Shown here in pieces: positions 59,329 through 64,000 of a stretch of 64,000 nt of DNA (position 1 is the stretch's first letter; every line of letters starts with the position of its first letter). Source of the DNA: Thermodesulfobacteriota bacterium (lineage in GTDB: Bacteria > Desulfobacterota > Desulfobacteria > Desulfobacterales > SURF-7); assembly GCA_049320885.1 (NCBI GenBank), contig JBMORA010000025.1, forward strand, positions 68,913 to 132,912. The letters are read 5' to 3'. Both the position numbers and the translations under genes were made by a program. Under the pieces are notes generated by a model that saw only the letters and a list, made by a program, of their open reading frames with translations, was not told where the DNA came from and did not search any database.

Positions 59329-60702
59329 TCAGGACACATTCCTCGCGCCACCGGCTTTCATGGCGGCGGCGTCGATTTCAAATTTCTTGATTTTATAGTG
59401 AATCGCCCGGCGGCTGATGCCCAACAGATCGGCCGCATCTTTCTGGACCCCGCCGGTTTGCTGCAATGCCCGGATGATCGCATTGCGTTCGCTTTCCTCC
59501 AGTGAAAAGGATGTGACGGTCTGCCGCTGATGGGAAGCCGCGATGTCCGGCAGGCCGGTTGTGCGCAAATCCTCCGGCAGCAATACGCGGTTTTTGCACA
59601 TGACGACCCCGGCTTCCAGGGCATTTTTCAATTCCCGCACGTTCCCCGGCCAGGGATAATTGCATAGCCAGCGCGTGGTTTCCATGGGAAGTTCCACCAG
59701 CGGCAATTCGTTCTGGGTGCAAAAGGATTCGATAAAATGCTTCGCCAGATTCGGGATGTCCTCCTTCCGGTCTTTCAAGGAGGGAATCCTCAAGGTGACC
59801 ACCCGCAAGCGGTAATACAGGTCCTCCCGGAAACGTCCTGAACTGATATCTTCCATCAAGTCCGCGTTGGTTGCTGCAATGACGCGGCAATTGACAGGAA
59901 TTTCTCGGACTTCTCCGATCCGGCGGATTTTCCGGTCTTCCAGGAACCGCAGCAGGCGAACCTGCATTTCCGGCGATACATTGCCGATCTCGTCGAGAAA
60001 CAGGGTCCCCTGATCCGCTTCCTCGATGAGGCCTTTTTTATCCCGGATGGCATGGGTGAAGGCCCCTTTTGTGTGCCCGAACAATTCGCTCTCCAGTAAA
60101 CCCGTCGGCGTTGAGCCGCAATCCACCACCACAAAGGGTGCCTCCCGCCGGGGACTTTTCTGATGGATCATGCGGGCGATGTATTCCTTTCCCGAGCCGC
60201 TCTCGCCCAATATCAGGACATTCACGGGACTGACCGCCACCCGATCGATGAGCCCATAGAGTTCCCGCATCACGGCGCTTGTCACGACCTCTTCCATGCC
60301 GCTGCCGGCCGCTTTGGGGCCCGGGCCCGGCCGGGTGGCGGTATTCAGAAGAATTTTCCTCAGTTTTTTCAATAGTTCTTGGCCATCGAAGGGTTTGGCG
60401 ATATAATCCACGGCGCCGGCTTTTACCGCATTCACGGCATCGGGAATCGAGCCGTAAGCGGTGAGAAAAACCACCGGCAAGCCCGGCAGCATGGATCGAA
60501 CGTCATGGAAAAGTTCCATGCCGCTCATCCCCGGCATTTTCATATCCGAAATCATCAAATCCACTGGATTGCTAGTCAAGATATCAAGGGCGTCCTTGGG
60601 TTCGGCTGTTTTGAAAACCAAAAATCCCGCCGACGAAAGACGCGCCTCCAGCACCTCCAGCACATTCCGGTCGTCATCCACGATTAGAATCGATTGTTTC
60701 AT
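59329..60702 (-). CDS. Sigma-54-dependent response regulator (NtrC/GlrR-like)
   Basis: REC, GESGSGKE, ESELFGH..GAFTHA, FLDEIG, WPGNVREL, Fis-type HTH. Confidence 0.93.
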   Translation of the reverse strand: MKQSILIVDDDRNVLEVLEARLSSAGFLVFKTAEPKDALDILTSNPVDLMISDMKMPGMSGMELFHDVRSMLPGLPVVFLTAYGSIPDAVNAVKAGAVDYIAKPFDGQELLKKLRKILLNTATRPGPGPKAAGSGMEEVVTSAVMRELYGLIDRVAVSPVNVLILGESGSGKEYIARMIHQKSPRREAPFVVVDCGSTPTGLLESELFGHTKGAFTHAIRDKKGLIEEADQGTLFLDEIGNVSPEMQVRLLRFLEDRKIRRIGEVREIPVNCRVIAATNADLMEDISSGRFREDLYYRLRVVTLRIPSLKDRKEDIPNLAKHFIESFCTQNELPLVELPMETTRWLCNYPWPGNVRELKNALEAGVVMCKNRVLLPEDLRTTGLPDIAASHQRQTVTSFSLEESERNAIIRALQQTGGVQKDAADLLGISRRAIHYKIKKFEIDAAAMKAGGARNVS

Positions 60703-60734
60703 ATAAAAAAGACTACCTCTATGCTCCCGTCTCT

Positions 60735-61394
60735 TCAGGGCAGGGCAATTCCCTTCTTCTTTTCCTGGATCTTCTGATCGATGGCCTCCAGGGTTTCCAG
60801 TTGGTGGGTCGATTCACGAAGTTCCGACTTCAATCTCTCTATCTGAGCCCTGAGCCTCTTGATTTCCGCATCTTTTTTCCTTATTGCGCGAATGTCCGGC
60901 TTCCGGGGCCGGGGCCTTGGCTCCAGAAGCTTATTGGCTTCCGTTCTTTTGAATTCCATTTTTTGGTCCAGCAACGCTTTCAGCAGCCGCGGATCCTCCT
61001 CTTTCAGTTCATCCGCGGCGATACCGCTCCATGCGTCCCATAAGGTGATGGAGGTTTCCATCTCCACTTCGTCTTCCGCCTGAATCAATTGCGCGCAGGC
61101 CATACCGTACAGTGCCTGCCGGCGTATTTTTTTCTGCTTGGCCAGCTGGCTCAGCATCTGATAGATCTCCAGCGCTTTCCGGTAATCGCCATTCCGTAAG
61201 GCCTTGTTCCCGCGCTCCAATGTCACCCAATCCGCATTGTAGCTCTCGGAATTATACAACAACCGATTCATTTCCGGAGTAGCGGCGCAACCCGGCAGGC
61301 ATCCCCACATGCACAAAAATAGCCCGGCGACCCAACCCAAACACAACCCGTTTTTATTGGCGGGCTTTCTTATCCGCGACAACCGAATCACCAT
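60735..61394 (-). CDS. Putative lipoprotein with TPR-like helices and coiled coil (QseG-like position)
   Basis: Lipobox-like LPGC, C-terminal LETLEAIDQKIQEKK; between kinase and regulator. Confidence 0.7.
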   Translation of the reverse strand: MVIRLSRIRKPANKNGLCLGWVAGLFLCMWGCLPGCAATPEMNRLLYNSESYNADWVTLERGNKALRNGDYRKALEIYQMLSQLAKQKKIRRQALYGMACAQLIQAEDEVEMETSITLWDAWSGIAADELKEEDPRLLKALLDQKMEFKRTEANKLLEPRPRPRKPDIRAIRKKDAEIKRLRAQIERLKSELRESTHQLETLEAIDQKIQEKKKGIALP

Positions 61395-61442
61395 ACCGGA
61401 TCCACATGTTTCATATATATTCAAGCCGCTGGCGTCTTCGGA

Positions 61443-62888
61443 TCATTTCTCGCGCGCCAGTGGCAAACTGAAGGAAAACGTACTGCCCTCTCCGATCTTG
61501 CTTTCAACCCAGATGGCGCCCCCGTGCGTTTCTATGATGTGTTTTGAAATATTCAAGCCCAAACCGACTCCGTCCATATGATCCCGGGCACTCTTTGTCT
61601 GGTAATATTTATTGAATATCAGCGTTTGCTCCTCATCCGGTATTCCCGGCCCGCTGTCGGAAACCTTGATGCTCAAATGGTTGCGGCCGCCGGCATCCAC
61701 ACTGACCCGGATTCTGCTGCCTTCGGGCGAAAATTTGGCGGCATTGTCCAGGAGATTGAACAGCACCCGTTGCAAATGTTCCGGATCACCCAATATCTTC
61801 GGTGTGTTCGGTGGGATCTGCGTCACAATCTCAATTTTTTTTGCTTCGGCGATATGCTGTAGATGCCGGACGCATCCGGATATAAACAAAGCGGTATCGA
61901 TCGGCTGCTGCCGTATTGTAAGCGTTACGGATTCGAGTCTGGAGACCTGCATGAGATGATTGAGCAGATCACAGATCCGCCCGATTTCCCCGCTCGCAAT
62001 TTCCAAAAATTTCCGCTGTTTTTCATTAATGGCCCCCATCACTTCTTCGGCGATCATATTTACCGATTCACGAATTGAAGTCAAGGGGGTTCTGATTTCA
62101 TGGCTCAGCATGGAAATAAAATCAGACCGCATGCGTTCTTCTTCCTTCAACTGGACGGCCATTTCGTTGAATGCCGCCGCCAATTCACCGAATTCATCCC
62201 TGGAACGAACGGTGATGGGCTTGCTGAAACGGTCACGGGATATGGAACCTATCCCCTTGATGAGTTCCCGCAAGGGGCGGATCATGGAGTAGGAAAGAAA
62301 CAGGATCCCGAGCAACCCGACGATGCTGGAAGTCCCCAGTCCGATCAGGCCGTTTCTGGCGGAGAGGCGGCCGCGTCGATTCAGCTCCCGGGTGGCCAGC
62401 TCGACGCTGCGCTCGTTGGCTGCCTGCATTTTGGTGATCCGTTCAACCCATTCATTGATGGTCGCCTCTTCAATCCAGGTGGTTCCGTTTTCTTGCAGCA
62501 GCTGCGGCATCTCCAGCCGCAGGGCGACCACCTGGTAATCCTGATACAGCAGGCGCCAAGGCGAGGGACTGGTCAATTCTCCTGGCTCCATTGCGAGGAC
62601 CGCCCGGAGATTTTGCTCAAATTCCGTTCGCGCCATTGTGAAATAACCGATGTAATCCTCTTTGCGGAGCAAATGGTATTTTTTATCACTCTCTTCCATC
62701 TCCAACAGGTTCCCGATCATTTTCTTGGAGAGGGAGGTAATCTCAAAATGCGTGTTGACAATGTTTTCCGAAATCCGTACTACCTGTTGGATGTTGATAA
62801 ACAGCAACAGAATGGTTCCATAAAAAATCAAGACAAAAAGACAGAACCATATCAACAGCTTACTGGTAATACCGAACTTGACTTCCAT
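61443..62888 (-). CDS. HAMP-domain sensor histidine kinase
   Basis: 2 TM, HAMP, SHEIRTPL, NLLDNAAKF, DSGPGI, GLGL. Confidence 0.93.
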   Translation of the reverse strand: MEVKFGITSKLLIWFCLFVLIFYGTILLLFINIQQVVRISENIVNTHFEITSLSKKMIGNLLEMEESDKKYHLLRKEDYIGYFTMARTEFEQNLRAVLAMEPGELTSPSPWRLLYQDYQVVALRLEMPQLLQENGTTWIEEATINEWVERITKMQAANERSVELATRELNRRGRLSARNGLIGLGTSSIVGLLGILFLSYSMIRPLRELIKGIGSISRDRFSKPITVRSRDEFGELAAAFNEMAVQLKEEERMRSDFISMLSHEIRTPLTSIRESVNMIAEEVMGAINEKQRKFLEIASGEIGRICDLLNHLMQVSRLESVTLTIRQQPIDTALFISGCVRHLQHIAEAKKIEIVTQIPPNTPKILGDPEHLQRVLFNLLDNAAKFSPEGSRIRVSVDAGGRNHLSIKVSDSGPGIPDEEQTLIFNKYYQTKSARDHMDGVGLGLNISKHIIETHGGAIWVESKIGEGSTFSFSLPLAREK

Positions 62889-63142
62889 TGCCGATCAGTA
62901 TCCTTGCATACGGTACGATATGGGGATGGCTCGGTCCGCCGTCGCACGGCCGAATGATGGTTCTGGAATACTTCAAGGGGTGATAAATGACAACCTAAAA
63001 ATTCAAACGGATACCGATCGTTTGGCAGAATGGAAGCCGTGCGCAAAAATCGTAACCATATAGTGAAAAAAACGTAATCGAATATTGTCGAAATACGCCC
63101 CGGCAGACCCCGTGCATCTGGGTTCTCGCCCATTTCTTATAT

Positions 63143-63158
63143 TGGCACATATTTTGCT
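63143..63158 (+). promoter_or_regulatory. Sigma-54 (-24/-12) promoter
   Basis: TGGCACATATTTTGCT matches TGGCAC-N5-TTGCW. Confidence 0.78.
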
Positions 63159-63273
63159 TTTAATTTTTGACAAGCGATGCGTTCTAACAGTTCATTTACC
63201 CTTTTTCCGTGTCGACCGAATTTCATCCGGTGCTCAACTGCAACAATGCTGCAATCGAAAAGGTGAACTGCCC

Positions 63274-63456
63274 ATGCCCAGCAAACAAAAACAGAACGAA
63301 CGGAGCGGAATTGAAAGGCGGATTTTTTCCTATTCTCATTATATCCCTGAAAGAAGAACCAGGGAGGACCGGCGCACAAGCGCTGCCCACACCCATCCGG
63401 CCGACCATTCGTGGGGAAGTTTTTCCGGGCTCCTGACGGAAAAAAATGCCGCCTGA
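63274..63456 (+). CDS. Small Arg-rich protein with ERxxxxERR / ERRxxxDRR motifs
   Basis: AAAGGTG RBS; MPSKQKQNERSGIERRIFSYSHYIPERRTREDRR...; downstream of sigma-54 promoter. Confidence 0.65.
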   Translation: MPSKQKQNERSGIERRIFSYSHYIPERRTREDRRTSAAHTHPADHSWGSFSGLLTEKNAA

Positions 63457-63576
63457 ACATTTTTGCATACCTGCTGCAACCGGTTTTCGGTTGTCTTGCA
63501 AACAACACCGTAACAATTGTATGCCACAGTAAACAACAGCGGTTGCAGAATCTTATAGAAACAGTACCGGGATTAT

Positions 63577-64000
63577 ATGCGTCGTCTCTCTTCCACTTCA
63601 GCTCCTGCACGAAACCTTATCGGTTGTATTTGCATTCTGCTCTTTCTGCCATCGGTGGCCCTCTCCGCAACCGCCATCCTCCAATGGGAACAAAGCCAGG
63701 ATCCGAATGCCATCGGTTACCGCCTGTTCTGCCGCAAGCAGAATGAAAATTATAATTACTTGAAACCGATATATGACGGCGCCGCAACCCGGTTCACCAT
63801 TGCGCTCAATGACGGGTTGACGTATTTTTTTGTTGTCAGGGTGTATAACCGTGCGAATTTGGAAAGCATCGACTCCAATGAGGTTTGCTACATACCGGTG
63901 AAACCCGTGGAACCGGGCACCACCGCGCCCGGAACCACTACGCCCGGAACCACCACGCCCGGAACCACCGCGCCCGGAACCACTACGCCCGGAACCACCA
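63577..64000 (+). CDS. Secreted fibronectin type III-like protein with PGTT(A/T) repeats (3'-truncated by window edge)
   Basis: Manual translation: signal peptide, LQWE...GYRLF...TYFFVVRVYN...ESIDSNEV, then repeats. Confidence 0.75.
   Translation, partial: MRRLSSTSAPARNLIGCICILLFLPSVALSATAILQWEQSQDPNAIGYRLFCRKQNENYNYLKPIYDGAATRFTIALNDGLTYFFVVRVYNRANLESIDSNEVCYIPVKPVEPGTTAPGTTTPGTTTPGTTAPGTTTPGTT
63913..64000 (+). repeat. 15-bp coding tandem repeat (nearly 6 units, runs off window)
   Basis: CCCGGAACCACYRCG units with apparent 45-bp higher-order period. Confidence 0.9.

Noticed and set aside
59305..59330. Cys-TGA at the end of the PocR protein as another selenocysteine site
   Set aside because: The domain is complete, read-through would run into the convergent regulator gene, and no convincing SECIS-like hairpin follows.
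63913..64000. CRISPR array
   Set aside because: Contiguous 15-bp in-frame units without unique spacers; no cas genes.

Overview
GC-rich bacterial chromosomal window. Gene content (hgcAB, many hybrid kinases, PocR, HDOD, hemerythrin) points to an anaerobic deltaproteobacterium (Desulfobacterota); this is inference only. In order it holds: a branched-chain amino acid ABC operon; an unusual kamA + two ATP-grasp ligases + GNAT-deacetylase-GNAT cluster; a polar amino acid ABC module; two tandem giant PAS hybrid kinases sharing an apparently identical 1110-bp block; an accessory region (TetR with twin operators, atypical PLP decarboxylase, AspT, cysteine desulfidase, PEP-CTERM protein, mercury-methylation genes hgcAB, two AAA/DUF4143 ATPases); pdaD-speB; an HD-GYP/HDOD/MBL operon; truA and argJ; and a GlrK/QseG/GlrR-like sigma-54 system. 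Two probable selenoproteins are broken in the ORF track by in-frame UGA codons followed by SECIS-like hairpins: N-terminally extended HgcA (Cys-Sec) and a small dual-CXXC protein before truA. The best candidate for an uncharacterised system is the kamA/ATP-grasp/GNAT-deacetylase cluster. No rRNA, tRNA, CRISPR array or transposase was recognised. All calls are by-eye motif recognition; no searches were run and several start codons are estimates.
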